From Candidatus Microgenomates bacterium (GTDB taxonomy: Bacteria > Patescibacteriota > Microgenomatia > UBA8517 > JACQJR01): a stretch of 64,000 nt of DNA. Positions 46,156 to 55,689 of this stretch are shown here, one piece after another; within the stretch, counting starts at the first letter, position 1; each line of letters begins with the position of its first letter. The notes under the pieces are model-generated. The model did not search any database. It was given only the letters and a program-made list of their open reading frames with translations, and had not been told where the DNA came from. The stretch spans positions 241,132 through 305,131 of the forward strand of contig JACQJR010000001.1 of assembly GCA_016204995.1 (NCBI GenBank), given 5' to 3'. A program made the translations under genes and the position numbers.

Positions 46156-47104
46156 ATAAGGCTATATTGGCTGCCCAATCTGCTAACATCTCCGGCAATG
46201 GTCGCAGAATACCTTGGCCAAAATGCCTCTCAAATTTAGAAACATCAAAAGCTGTATCCTTCGGTCTAGGAGCGCCGGCATGACTCATAAATTCGTCAAA
46301 AGTCGTTGCCTTAATTAAATTCCAGTCAATTATCTGGTGGTGATTCTGCTCTAAATATTTCAACCCTAAGCAAACTGCATCATAGATGGTAGTCACAGTG
46401 GGCGTGGCTACATGCCAAATACCATAATGCTGCGATCCTGCTATAGCCAGTATGGCCTTGGCGTAATCTTTGACATAGCCGGGAGTTAGTTTTTGGTCGG
46501 CAATTGCGAAAAATTTCTTTCCTAGCCGATTGGCCTCATAGACATTGCGCAAAAAGTCACGTCTTTTAATATTAAAATCATCGCCGAATGGTCTTTGAAC
46601 TCTCACTATGTGTGCCTTTACCCGAGAAGATAGAAGAATTTTTTCTGCCTCTGCTTTGCTTTTAGCATACCAACTAGTTATGGGATCTATTTTTTCTGTT
46701 TCCTTGTGAGGACAAAGTTGCTCACTACCGGACAAAACATAGTCGCTGGAAATATGTACCAAAGTGGCATCGCCAGCTAAACAAGCTTTAGCCAGTTTTT
46801 CTACTCCCACCACATTGGTTTTCCAGACCATGCCGCCGAAATCGCCTTTTTCCTTCTCACAGACATCCACTTCTGTTTGGGCCGCTAAATTAATGACTAC
46901 ATCTGTCCCGTTAATTTTCTTAGCTATCTCGCCAATGGACAATTCTGCTATATCAAATTCTTGGTGGGTTGGTGCTAACACCAATTGACCATTTTCGCTA
47001 ATCCGTGATACTAAAGCACCACCTACTAAACCACTCCCTCCGATAACTAATAATTTAGGCGAAGATTCAAACTCTTTATTTTCTTTTATCGTTCGCTCCT
47101 GCAT
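46142..47104 (-). CDS. rmlD: dTDP-4-dehydrorhamnose reductase
   Basis: 320 aa; Rossmann 'LLVIGGSGLVGGAL', 'HISSDYVLSG', 'YAKSKAEAE' (YxxxK). Confidence 0.65.
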   Translation of the reverse strand: MQERTIKENKEFESSPKLLVIGGSGLVGGALVSRISENGQLVLAPTHQEFDIAELSIGEIAKKINGTDVVINLAAQTEVDVCEKEKGDFGGMVWKTNVVGVEKLAKACLAGDATLVHISSDYVLSGSEQLCPHKETEKIDPITSWYAKSKAEAEKILLSSRVKAHIVRVQRPFGDDFNIKRRDFLRNVYEANRLGKKFFAIADQKLTPGYVKDYAKAILAIAGSQHYGIWHVATPTVTTIYDAVCLGLKYLEQNHHQIIDWNLIKATTFDEFMSHAGAPRPKDTAFDVSKFERHFGQGILRPLPEMLADWAANIALYEQI

Positions 47105-47110
47105 AAATTT

Positions 47111-48103
47111 TTATTTCACTCCTGCAATAGCAGGTAAGAAAAAAGCCCTCTTTATTCCTTCTCTCCAACTGGTAGGAGTATAACCACAGCTGATTATTTT
47201 ATCAACTTTTAACCCACCTTTAACCGGTCGTTTGGCAAGTTCTGGATGATTTTTTTGAAACTCCACCATACTTCCTTTTGGTACTAATGCCTCTGGATTT
47301 GCCACATTTCTAGCCACTTTTAATAACTGGCAACAAAAATTATAGGGAGTAGTTGTCATAGGAGAAGCAAGGTGATAAATACCACTTGCTCTTTTATCTA
47401 TTAAAGTAGTTACCGCCGGGGTTAAATCATCAATGAATGTGGGAGTTAAAATTTGATCGTCAAAGATGGGATAAAAACTCTCTCTTTTATTTGCCATAAT
47501 TTCGTCGTACAATTTTAAAAAATTTCTGGCAAAATCAATTTTTGGTAAATATTCTTTTATATATGGATAAGAAATTCTCATCATTAAATAAGGAATCCCA
47601 CCAAAAATCGCCTCGCGTTCTGCTAAAATTTTTGTCCAAGCGTACCAACCAACTGCTGCCGGCGATGAAGCTATTGGATCCTCTTCTGAATAAGGTCCGT
47701 TTTTACCGTCAAAAACAAAATCTGTGGATATTAAAATAGGAAATTTACCAGTTTTCTTACAAGCATCAATTAAATTTCTTGTGCCCAAGACATTAACTTT
47801 ATAGGTTAGGTTTTGGGCTAATTCTTGTTGGTTAGTAGGATCTTTTGGTTTGTTTTTTTCTATCTCATCTACCGCAGTCAACCCTGCAAAATTTATGATA
47901 TATTTCCCAGGAAAAGAATTAGTGATAGATTCAACTTGTTCTTTACTTGTAATATCAAGTTCATTAAAAGCATTTAAACCGGTAAGTCCTGCATCAAACG
48001 GACTGCCTGCCTCTTGAATTTCTATTCCTTGTTTATTCATTAACTCCACCAATCTGGAGCCAACCAAAGAGCCAGAACCGATTACTAAAATGTTGTCCGT
48101 CAT
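47111..48103 (-). CDS. RmlD-like NAD(P)-dependent sugar nucleotide reductase (second paralogue)
   Basis: 330 aa; 'ILVIGSGSLVGSRL', 'LISTDFVFDG', 'YAWTKILAE'. Confidence 0.55.
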   Translation of the reverse strand: MTDNILVIGSGSLVGSRLVELMNKQGIEIQEAGSPFDAGLTGLNAFNELDITSKEQVESITNSFPGKYIINFAGLTAVDEIEKNKPKDPTNQQELAQNLTYKVNVLGTRNLIDACKKTGKFPILISTDFVFDGKNGPYSEEDPIASSPAAVGWYAWTKILAEREAIFGGIPYLMMRISYPYIKEYLPKIDFARNFLKLYDEIMANKRESFYPIFDDQILTPTFIDDLTPAVTTLIDKRASGIYHLASPMTTTPYNFCCQLLKVARNVANPEALVPKGSMVEFQKNHPELAKRPVKGGLKVDKIISCGYTPTSWREGIKRAFFLPAIAGVK

Positions 48104-48696
48104 GTAAATTTTTCGGGGAAAAGTTCTCTTAAAGAAGGATTATTCTGATCTGCTTCTGACAGAACCGGATTTTTAATTGGCCAATTAATCTTTAAATCCG
48201 GATCATTCCATCTGATAGATCTTTTAGTAATATTACTTTTGTAGGTATCAGAAACTGCGTAGTGATAAAAGACGCCTTCCTTCCCAAGAGCCAGTATTGA
48301 GTTAGCCAGTCCTGGCGAAATGACTAAAGTCCTTCTGGGAGAATTAATATCCGTGTAGTCAAAAGTAAAAGTCTGCACCTTGCCAAAAGTAGCAGAATTA
48401 ATTCTGATATCAACTATGGCTATAAAGGTTTTTCCCGTTAAGGGAGTAACAATTTTATATTGAGGCTCGGCATGCAAACCCCTTAAGGTACCGGGCAGAT
48501 TATAGGTAAAACTACCTTGTCTGATAACCAAATCATTTACATCTAAGGCTTTGGCAATATCTTCTACGCGGTAGGCTTCTTGAAACCAACCTCGCCCGTC
48601 AAGATAGATCTTTTTTTCAAATATCAACAAGCCGGCAATTTCTGTAGCTAAAATTCTAATATCGGGACTTGTAGGAATAAAATTGGCTAGGTTCAT
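48100..48696 (-). CDS. rmlC: dTDP-4-dehydrorhamnose 3,5-epimerase
   Basis: 198 aa cupin; 'LDGRGWFQEAY', 'RGLHAEPQYKIVT'. Confidence 0.75.
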   Translation of the reverse strand: MNLANFIPTSPDIRILATEIAGLLIFEKKIYLDGRGWFQEAYRVEDIAKALDVNDLVIRQGSFTYNLPGTLRGLHAEPQYKIVTPLTGKTFIAIVDIRINSATFGKVQTFTFDYTDINSPRRTLVISPGLANSILALGKEGVFYHYAVSDTYKSNITKRSIRWNDPDLKINWPIKNPVLSEADQNNPSLRELFPEKFT

Positions 48697-48711
48697 TAAA
48701 AAGAATATAAA

Positions 48712-48957
48712 TTACAAAAGCAGACTTAGGATCAGGGCTGATCCTAAAAGGGCAATGGCAGTATACTCTATCACAACTTCCCAGTAAAGATCGCTATGTA
48801 TCCAATGATGAACTATGCCCCAACTGATGTAAGCCAAAGAACTAGCTACGACCAGGGCAATTTGAAAGGGGCGATCAAAAGAAAATAATTTGAATCCCGC
48901 TATCACAATAATCAAAATTCCTAATAAAACTAGGTAATGAGAAAAATGCCGTCTCAT
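48712..48957 (-). CDS. hypothetical small membrane protein (2 TM)
   Basis: 81 aa, two hydrophobic helices. Confidence 0.3.
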   Translation of the reverse strand: MRRHFSHYLVLLGILIIVIAGFKLFSFDRPFQIALVVASSLAYISWGIVHHWIHSDLYWEVVIEYTAIALLGSALILSLLL

Positions 48958-49784
48958 AATATTGCTCCCTGTTTAAGATTCAAAATTAATAAACCCAAAG
49001 CTGATAGAAAACTTAAATGGGCCAAAGTCCGACCGGAAATACGTACCAGACGCAAATGGGCCAGTACCACCAGATCTACCAGTAACACTAATATTAACAA
49101 CCCCATTATTCCCAAAGATAAATTCCGTCTTAAATCAAAAGAGGTGCTTGCGAGGGTTGCAGGATGGCTTTGGCCACTGGCCAGTTGAGACGTCACCATG
49201 GGTTCGCCTCCATTAAGAACCGCAAACTCGGGAGTGGATCCTAAAAACTGAACCACGATCGTTGTTTGTTTACCGCCTAAATCACCTTGAACAATAGCTA
49301 CCCCAATATCATGATAACGAGACGATAGCAGGTTTTCCCGATGACTGGGAGATGCCATCCAGGCGGCTACCGCATCATGCGCTGAATTAAAATCCCGAGC
49401 CAGGTTTTCTCCGGCATAGCGATATTGATAACCGTTACTTAAAAAAAATGACCAAGGCGTGGTGCCGGTAGGCGAAAAATGAGCCCAATAATCATAGCTT
49501 AACATGTCTTCACCCTTCTTCCGCGCTCCCGCCATTAATTTCTCATTTATTTCCAGTGTAGGTAGACCATTTTGCAGACGCTCGCGGTTAGTTTCTTCAA
49601 TTACTTTTCCCGGCGATAAATCAGAACTGACACCCAGTACTAAACTGGTTTTGGCCAAAGAATTAATAACCAGTTGAGCTAAGATGAAGAGCAGCAAGAT
49701 AACTAAACAGCCGCTGGGAGTAATTATTTTTGCTTTATAATTATTGGCGCGATGAGGAATAAACAAATGGGCAAGCAGTTTCAT
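48954..49784 (-). CDS. CAP/SCP (PR-1-like, YkwD-type) domain protein, membrane-anchored
   Basis: 276 aa; 'YDYWAHFSPTGTTPWSFF...YRYAGENLARDFNSAHDAVAAWMASPSHRENLL' CAP signature; N- and C-terminal hydrophobic segments. Confidence 0.6.
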   Translation of the reverse strand: MKLLAHLFIPHRANNYKAKIITPSGCLVILLLFILAQLVINSLAKTSLVLGVSSDLSPGKVIEETNRERLQNGLPTLEINEKLMAGARKKGEDMLSYDYWAHFSPTGTTPWSFFLSNGYQYRYAGENLARDFNSAHDAVAAWMASPSHRENLLSSRYHDIGVAIVQGDLGGKQTTIVVQFLGSTPEFAVLNGGEPMVTSQLASGQSHPATLASTSFDLRRNLSLGIMGLLILVLLVDLVVLAHLRLVRISGRTLAHLSFLSALGLLILNLKQGAIL

Positions 49785-49796
49785 CTTAAACTAATA

Positions 49797-50714
49797 CTAA
49801 ACCTTTTGGCGGAAAAATTCGATGGTTCTTTTTAGGCCTTCTTCTAAACTTACCTTTGGTTCCCAGCTAACTTCTTTTTTAATTTTGGCAAACGAAGCAT
49901 AATTGGCCATTACATCTCCTGCTCTTTCGCCTAAATCATTAACTTCCACCTTATATCCTAAAATATCAGAAATTTTATTGATGATATCCATCACTTTAAT
50001 ACCTTTTTCTGTGCCGACATTAAAAATATGAAGCCCAGTTAGATTAATCACTGCTACATGTGCCAGGGCTAAATCTTCAATGTAAATAAAATCGCGGATG
50101 CCTTCGCCTTTCCAATACAGAGGAATTGGTTCTTTTGCCAAAGCCGACTTAATAAAATTAGGAATGGCATGAGTTTCCGGTTGATGCAGTTCGCCCGGGC
50201 CATAAGGATTAAAGTAGCGCAAAATTGTACAATCAAAGCTGTATAAATTATGATAAAGCGTACAAAACTGCTCCATAGTCAATTTAGTAATGCCGTAGGG
50301 ATTACTTTGGGCGCCTAAAGGATCATCTTCCATTATTGGTAACTTACTTGGCACGCCATAAACACAAGCGCTGGAAGAAAAGATAATCTTGCGAACTTCG
50401 GTTTTACGCATCGCCTCCAAAAGTTTGACTGAATTGACAATATTATTTTCGGCAAAACTGACTGGATCTTTGACTGATTCCCCCACCTCAATTAAGGCCG
50501 CCATATGAATGACGGTATCATGGCCGGCTAATATTCCTTCCATTCTATATTGATCAGATAAATCTATTTGATAGAAGATGGCTCGACTATCAATTGACTC
50601 TTGATGACCGCGTGATAAATTATCAACCACAGTCACTTCATGTCCGGCATCCAGTAATAATTTAGTAGTCCAGGAACCAATAAAACCAGCGCCGCCAGTA
50701 ACTAGAATTTTCAT
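49797..50714 (-). CDS. galE: UDP-glucose 4-epimerase
   Basis: start taken at internal Met ('MKILVTGGAGFIGS') whose ATG overlaps tsaB stop (ATGA); 'YGITKLTMEQF' YxxxK; C-terminal GalE-like region. Confidence 0.8.
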   Translation of the reverse strand: MKILVTGGAGFIGSWTTKLLLDAGHEVTVVDNLSRGHQESIDSRAIFYQIDLSDQYRMEGILAGHDTVIHMAALIEVGESVKDPVSFAENNIVNSVKLLEAMRKTEVRKIIFSSSACVYGVPSKLPIMEDDPLGAQSNPYGITKLTMEQFCTLYHNLYSFDCTILRYFNPYGPGELHQPETHAIPNFIKSALAKEPIPLYWKGEGIRDFIYIEDLALAHVAVINLTGLHIFNVGTEKGIKVMDIINKISDILGYKVEVNDLGERAGDVMANYASFAKIKKEVSWEPKVSLEEGLKRTIEFFRQKV

Positions 50715-51013
50715 TGATATTTGGCCGCCACCGGCTGCTCTCGCACATTTTGACCATTGACCGGAATATTTAATGCCCATCCTAAAGCATTAGCCACTGC
50801 TATGCCTACCCTCAAACCGGTAAAAGAACCAGGGCCGCTCACTACTTCTACTTCTTTTAAATCGCCAAAAGTGAAGCCATGACTTTTTAACAAATCTTCA
50901 ATTACTGATAATAATTTTTGAGCCTTTTCTTGTCGGGAGTCAGTCCTAACACGATCATTGTCTAAACCAACTACGATTTCTTCGGTATGACTGGTATCAA
51001 TAAAAAGTTTCAA
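50711..51013 (-). CDS. tsaB: TsaB (YeaZ)-like protein, N-terminal domain only (truncated)
   Basis: 100 aa; 'KLFIDTSHTEEIVVGL...VVSGPGSFTGLRVGIAVANALGWALNIPVNG' = TsaB N-domain; C-terminal half absent. Confidence 0.55.
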   Translation of the reverse strand: MKLFIDTSHTEEIVVGLDNDRVRTDSRQEKAQKLLSVIEDLLKSHGFTFGDLKEVEVVSGPGSFTGLRVGIAVANALGWALNIPVNGQNVREQPVAAKYQ

Positions 51014-51489
51014 GTAAGCTCCTCCGGTAATTCAATAAGATGTTTCTCATCATCTGTAACATTAAATTTAATCCACTGCGTATTGTCTGGCAAAAACCGG
51101 CTAATTTTATCCGCCCACTCAATAGCCATAATATTTTCTCTTTTTCCCCAAATCTCATCTAATCCTAAATTTTTAATCTCTTGCTCTAAGTTTTGTTCCA
51201 ACCTGTATAGATCCACGTGATAAAAGTTCATAAGTTTTAAGTTTTTAGTTGTGGTTTTGACATTTGAGTTTTGCGATTTGAGTTTAATTTTATACTTTCT
51301 CATAATGATAAATGTCGGACTGGTAATTCTATTTTTAATTCCCAAACCCTCGGCTAACCCTTGCACAAAAGTTGTCTTACCAGCACCTAAAGGGCCCACT
51401 AAGGCTAAAATCTCCCTGCCAGTTAGTTTTTCCCCAACACGCTTACCTAAATTTTTGGTTTGCTCATCATTATTTGTAGTAATCTGCAT
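51010..51489 (-). CDS. tsaE: tRNA threonylcarbamoyladenosine biosynthesis ATPase TsaE
   Basis: 159 aa; 'LALVGPLGAGKTTFVQGL', 'SPTF', 'YHVDLYRL'; contains in-frame AT-rich repeat insertion between SPTF and HVDLYRL. Confidence 0.75.
   Translation of the reverse strand: MQITTNNDEQTKNLGKRVGEKLTGREILALVGPLGAGKTTFVQGLAEGLGIKNRITSPTFIIMRKYKIKLKSQNSNVKTTTKNLKLMNFYHVDLYRLEQNLEQEIKNLGLDEIWGKRENIMAIEWADKISRFLPDNTQWIKFNVTDDEKHLIELPEELT
51254..51289. repeat. AT-rich element GTTTTGAC-(WTTTGMG)n, in-frame copy inside tsaE
   Basis: GTTTTGAC ATTTGAG TTTTGCG ATTTGAG TTTAATT; encodes extra 'KIKLKSQNSNVKTTT' loop relative to canonical TsaE. Confidence 0.5.
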
Positions 51490-52408
51490 TCAAATTTCTT
51501 CTCCTTCATGCATTTTTTCATTATACCCAACTTCTCTTTTTTTCACAAAGGTAAAAGCAGCTGCCGCCAGTAAACATACACCTCCACCAATTAAAAGAAT
51601 AGGTACCAGAGGAATTCGTCCGCCGAAGACAAACCAGCCGGCTACCTGGGCGGATTCAGGAGTGGCGGAGGGCGAAGAGGTTTGGGCTGCTAAAATTTCC
51701 GGCGAGTTAGTAGGAGTGGCAGATGCTTTGGAACTTAGGCCGGGCGACGGCGTGGGAGATGATGTCTTAGTTGGACTTGGAGTTGGTGATTTGGTGGGAG
51801 TAGGACTGGGAGTTTTGGTGGAGGAAGGAGAAGGGGTAGGTGTGGAAGTTGGAGTAGCAGTGGGTGTCGGAGTTGGAGTGGGTGTAGGAGAATCGGTGGG
51901 GGGTCGGGGTGGGGGTTGCAGAAACGGTAATATTAAGAGTAGTAGAATTATCAGCCCAGGTGGGGCCACTGCCGGCTTGAGTGTATCTGCCTACTTTTAA
52001 GGTGTAGCTTGCTTCTCCTTTGTAATATGAACTTTCCGCATCCGGCTTCACCTCTATGGTGCCGCTCCAGGAATTATCGGAATTCATGGTAATTTGATAA
52101 AACTGGGTGTAATCAAGGGGAGAAGGTTTACCGTTATACCAGGAGCCGGCATTATTTTTGGTATAGCCAAAGTAAGAAGATGGCGCATCTGGGTGGGCTA
52201 AAGCCGCTCTTAAATAATAATTATTGCCAGCAGAATTACTAATAGTTAAACTGATAGTAACCGAGAATGATTCATTATCCGCCACACTGGCCGGAACATT
52301 GCTAATGCTAAAGGCGGCTTGCGCTTTATGATGAAAAGTAAATAAAAACAGTAACGAAGAAATCATTAAGACGAAAATGAAATTAATCGTCTTTAGAAAA
52401 TAACTCAT
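51490..52408 (-). CDS. secreted cell-surface protein (signal peptide, beta-rich domain, Pro/Thr linker, C-terminal TM anchor); apparent frameshift in linker
   Basis: ORFs 51767..52408 and 51490..51969 overlap in different frames within GC-rich (PT)n-coding DNA; N-terminal signal '[22 protein letters not shown]'; C-terminal '[19 protein letters not shown]'. Confidence 0.4.
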
Positions 52409-52412
52409 TACA

Positions 52413-53588
52413 TTAATAAACTCTTACAATATCCACTGTTTTAATATCCGACAAATTATATTTATCCGTCAGCTTTATATTTCCTCCATTCTCCACGAAA
52501 GGATCATTCATAATATAATTATCCCCCTCTTTACCTTTGATAACAATAAAATGATCCGGGCCGGAATAGAGCCCTACTACCACCGGATTACCATTATTCA
52601 GTTCATTATCAATCTTTTGTTTGACGGCATCAAGACCGCAACTTGCACAAACTCTGGTTCTGGTGGCAGTAACGCCTTGTGCAGTCCAACTACCTTGATT
52701 CATATAGCCGGTATTACCAAAAAAAACATTGGGGGAAGCGGCAATATCGGCAGGTTTTAAGCTTTTACCATAGTGAGAAGCAATCATGGCCATAGAGGTT
52801 ACCAGGCAGCCATACTCCGCCAAAGTATCGCTGGAATTTCCCATAGCCATAGTACCCCACTGGCTATCTCGTTGGTTATAATAACAACCCCAACCATCGC
52901 ATTTAGTCTGATTAGACAGAAGACTAGCTCCGCCTTGTCTGGCCACGAAGCGCTTAAAGGCAGCCAGTTGGGCTTTGGCTTGAACCAGCAGTTGTTGATA
53001 CTTACTCTCATCATTTTTGGTCACTTCCAAGAGTTTATTTTTGGCTTCTATCTGCCGGCTCAAATAAATTTTCTGGCTTTCCAGTTTTTTCTGTAAATTC
53101 TCCAGGGCGATTTTTTCTGTCTCCAGGGCGGTTTGCGAAGTTTGCAAGTTAAATAATAAATCCCGATCCCTCTCCTGTAAGAGCTTAAGATAATAAGCGC
53201 GGGAAATCAGACTGGGCAGATCTTTGGCAGTTAAAAGTGATAAAAAGGGGTCACCCAAACGATTAAGCTGATAGGAAGAAATTACCCGCTTTTGATAGAT
53301 AACTGAAAGATTAGTGATGGAATTTTCAATTTTTACGATGGTGGCCGAAAGAGAAGCTACTTCTATTTCTGTCTGATCAATTTTTAGTTGGGCCAGCTTT
53401 ATTTGGGTATCAAAATTGGCAATTTGAGAAGCAAGGGTTTTCTTCTGCTGGCCGATTTCCACCAGTTTTTGTTCCAGCTCCTTAATTTGATTTCTAACAT
53501 CCTGCTCACTTTGAGCGTGAGTCTGGCGGACCACCAAGAGAAAAATTACTATTAATAAACAGCCAAATATTGATAAAATTTTCCACAT
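52413..53588 (-). CDS. PcsB-like protein: signal peptide, coiled-coil, C-terminal peptidase C39-like (PF13529-like) domain
   Basis: 391 aa; long heptad-rich region; C-terminal 'CDGWGCYYNQRDSQWG...EYGCLVTSMAMIASHYG'; immediately downstream of ftsEX. Confidence 0.5.
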   Translation of the reverse strand: MWKILSIFGCLLIVIFLLVVRQTHAQSEQDVRNQIKELEQKLVEIGQQKKTLASQIANFDTQIKLAQLKIDQTEIEVASLSATIVKIENSITNLSVIYQKRVISSYQLNRLGDPFLSLLTAKDLPSLISRAYYLKLLQERDRDLLFNLQTSQTALETEKIALENLQKKLESQKIYLSRQIEAKNKLLEVTKNDESKYQQLLVQAKAQLAAFKRFVARQGGASLLSNQTKCDGWGCYYNQRDSQWGTMAMGNSSDTLAEYGCLVTSMAMIASHYGKSLKPADIAASPNVFFGNTGYMNQGSWTAQGVTATRTRVCASCGLDAVKQKIDNELNNGNPVVVGLYSGPDHFIVIKGKEGDNYIMNDPFVENGGNIKLTDKYNLSDIKTVDIVRVY

Positions 53589-53601
53589 CTGTCTTGGAAC
53601 A

Positions 53602-54519
53602 TCAAAGTTTCAAATAGCGAGCAATGGCAAACCACGCCCCCATGATGCCGATTAACATGGCCGCCGCGAGTTCTGCACCAATCAAAACAGCCGATTTTGT
53701 AATCAGGGTGGCCGTATCTTGAGGCAGAACCGGTATCTCACCAAAATAAATTGATAAATTAGGCGCCAAATATAACAGAAGCACCAAAGCCAGTAAAAAT
53801 CCAATTAAAGCGCCGATTACGGCGTATAATATTCCTTCCAGTAAAAAGGGAGTGCGAATAAAGCCGGGCGTGGCCCCAATGAGGGTCAATACTTCTATTT
53901 CCTCCCGCCGGCTGGCCACCCGCATACCAATAATTAACAGTAAAATAAAAATTGAAACTAGACCCAAAAAGGTCAGTAAAGTAATTCCAGCCACACGAAT
54001 ATACTTGGTAACTTGCTGCAACTTTTCAATAATTTGTGATAGTTGCTCCTTGCCGCCCACGCTGGCCGTAAATTCCACGCTTTTAACGATATTATCTTTT
54101 TTAACTTCGTCAATCACTTCTTGGGCGAAAGATAAATCGGTAACGGAAAATTCCAGGGACGTTGGCAGGACATCCGGACTAACCAGTTCTGTAGCCAAAG
54201 GATTATCCTCCATTATTCCCTTAAAAATTTTAAAGGCTTCCTCGTGAGAAACAAATTTAATATTCGATCTAATACGACTATCGCTGGCTAATTTCCTGGA
54301 CAGCGCGGAAATTTGTTCGGGCTTGGCCGTATCTTTCAAAAAAGCAATTATTTGAGGTTTGGTTTCAAAATAATGAAGGGTAATGGTAGAAACATAAGTT
54401 AAAGCCGCAAAAATGGTGGCCACAAAAAAGGTTAATACTAAAATTAAAATAGCGGCCACAGCCTGATAAGGGGAACGACGAATATGCACTAGAGCAGTGG
54501 TCAGATGTTGGTTTAGCAT
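53602..54519 (-). CDS. ftsX: cell-division ABC transporter permease FtsX
   Basis: 305 aa; N-terminal TM, large periplasmic loop, three C-terminal TM ('IYFGEIPVL...'); adjacent to ftsE. Confidence 0.8.
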   Translation of the reverse strand: MLNQHLTTALVHIRRSPYQAVAAILILVLTFFVATIFAALTYVSTITLHYFETKPQIIAFLKDTAKPEQISALSRKLASDSRIRSNIKFVSHEEAFKIFKGIMEDNPLATELVSPDVLPTSLEFSVTDLSFAQEVIDEVKKDNIVKSVEFTASVGGKEQLSQIIEKLQQVTKYIRVAGITLLTFLGLVSIFILLLIIGMRVASRREEIEVLTLIGATPGFIRTPFLLEGILYAVIGALIGFLLALVLLLYLAPNLSIYFGEIPVLPQDTATLITKSAVLIGAELAAAMLIGIMGAWFAIARYLKL

Positions 54520-55200
54520 TTAATCTTCTTTGTATTTTCCGGCAGGTTGATCTCTAACAATTTTACCGCTTTTGAGAGAAATAACCCGCTTCTTCATTTT
54601 ATCTACAATATCATGATTATGAGTAGCCATCATAATGGTGGTACCATCCTGATTAATTTTCTCAAAAATCTGCATAATATTCCAGGCAGTTTCCGGATCA
54701 AGATTACCGGTGGGTTCATCAGCCAGTAATAATTTCGGCCTGGTGGCTATGGCCCGGGCAATGACAGCCCTTTGTAATTCACCGCCGGCCAGTTGAGCTG
54801 GAAAAAAATTCGCCCGATCACCCAAACCGACATAAGATAAGACTTCAGTTGCAGTGTGTTCTTGTTTCGCGAGCGGTAAACCTAGAACAGCCAGAGCCAG
54901 CATGACATTTTCTCCCACGGTCCGGTCGGGCAGTAATTTAAAGTCCTGGAAAACCACTCCCAAATGACGGCGATAAAGAGGTATTAAATCACTTTTTAAA
55001 TCGCTTAATTTTTTATTGTCAAATAAAATTTCTCCTTGATCCGGTTGAAGATCACGCAGAATCAGTCTTAAAACTGTGGTTTTACCTGAACCTGATGGTC
55101 CGGTAATAAAAACAAACTCGCCGCCGGCGACTTCAAAAGAAACATTGTCTAAGGCGAGAATCTTGCCAAACTTCTTGGTAGCCCCTGCGAATTTCACCAT
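54520..55200 (-). CDS. ftsE: cell-division ABC transporter ATPase FtsE
   Basis: 226 aa; Walker A 'GPSGSGKTT', signature 'LAGGELQRAVIARA', Walker B 'LLLADEPTGNLD', H-loop. Confidence 0.9.
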   Translation of the reverse strand: MVKFAGATKKFGKILALDNVSFEVAGGEFVFITGPSGSGKTTVLRLILRDLQPDQGEILFDNKKLSDLKSDLIPLYRRHLGVVFQDFKLLPDRTVGENVMLALAVLGLPLAKQEHTATEVLSYVGLGDRANFFPAQLAGGELQRAVIARAIATRPKLLLADEPTGNLDPETAWNIMQIFEKINQDGTTIMMATHNHDIVDKMKKRVISLKSGKIVRDQPAGKYKED

Positions 55201-55226
55201 TATTCATTTTGAAGAAATATACTTCT

Positions 55227-55688
55227 TTAATCAAGCACTTTAATTTTACCTACATCCATGAACCAGCCGGCTTTTTGAGCTGTATAAGTTTCGCCCCAAA
55301 CTTGCACTTTTTGATCTATAAATTCGTCCAAGTCAATCACGGAAGAAGTTAAATAAACAGTCTGCGAGGGCCCGCCCTCTCTTTCTAAATGATGTGTCCC
55401 TTCCCCATCTAAGCCGCCTTCGCGCAATATGCCTGTGGCGTTATCGCGAAAAGTTTTTTCGTCAGACAAACCGGCTTCCTTGGCCAAGTTATTAACCTTT
55501 GCTCCGGGAGCAACTGCCACAGTTTTTCCGGATAAGACGCTACCTTGAGTTTGCGAAAATAGATAGCCGGCACCGACTCCACCCACTACTACCACCACGA
55601 TAGCTATGACTAAACCAAGAGGTAATTTCTTGACAGCAGGCACAGGTAGAGGCGAACTTTGATTGGGTGGTGTTGGATTATCATTCAT
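55227..55688 (-). CDS. hypothetical membrane-anchored protein
   Basis: 153 aa; Pro-rich N-terminus, single TM, soluble domain. Confidence 0.35.
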   Translation of the reverse strand: MNDNPTPPNQSSPLPVPAVKKLPLGLVIAIVVVVVGGVGAGYLFSQTQGSVLSGKTVAVAPGAKVNNLAKEAGLSDEKTFRDNATGILREGGLDGEGTHHLEREGGPSQTVYLTSSVIDLDEFIDQKVQVWGETYTAQKAGWFMDVGKIKVLD

Positions 55689-55689
55689 A

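Noticed and set aside
51600-51960. GC-rich tract considered as another copy of the GC-rich palindromic element
   Set aside because: It encodes a Pro/Thr/Ser linker ((ACN CCN)n codon repeats), lacks GACGGGT/ACCCGTC termini and lacks palindromic structure; its GC-richness is coding-driven.
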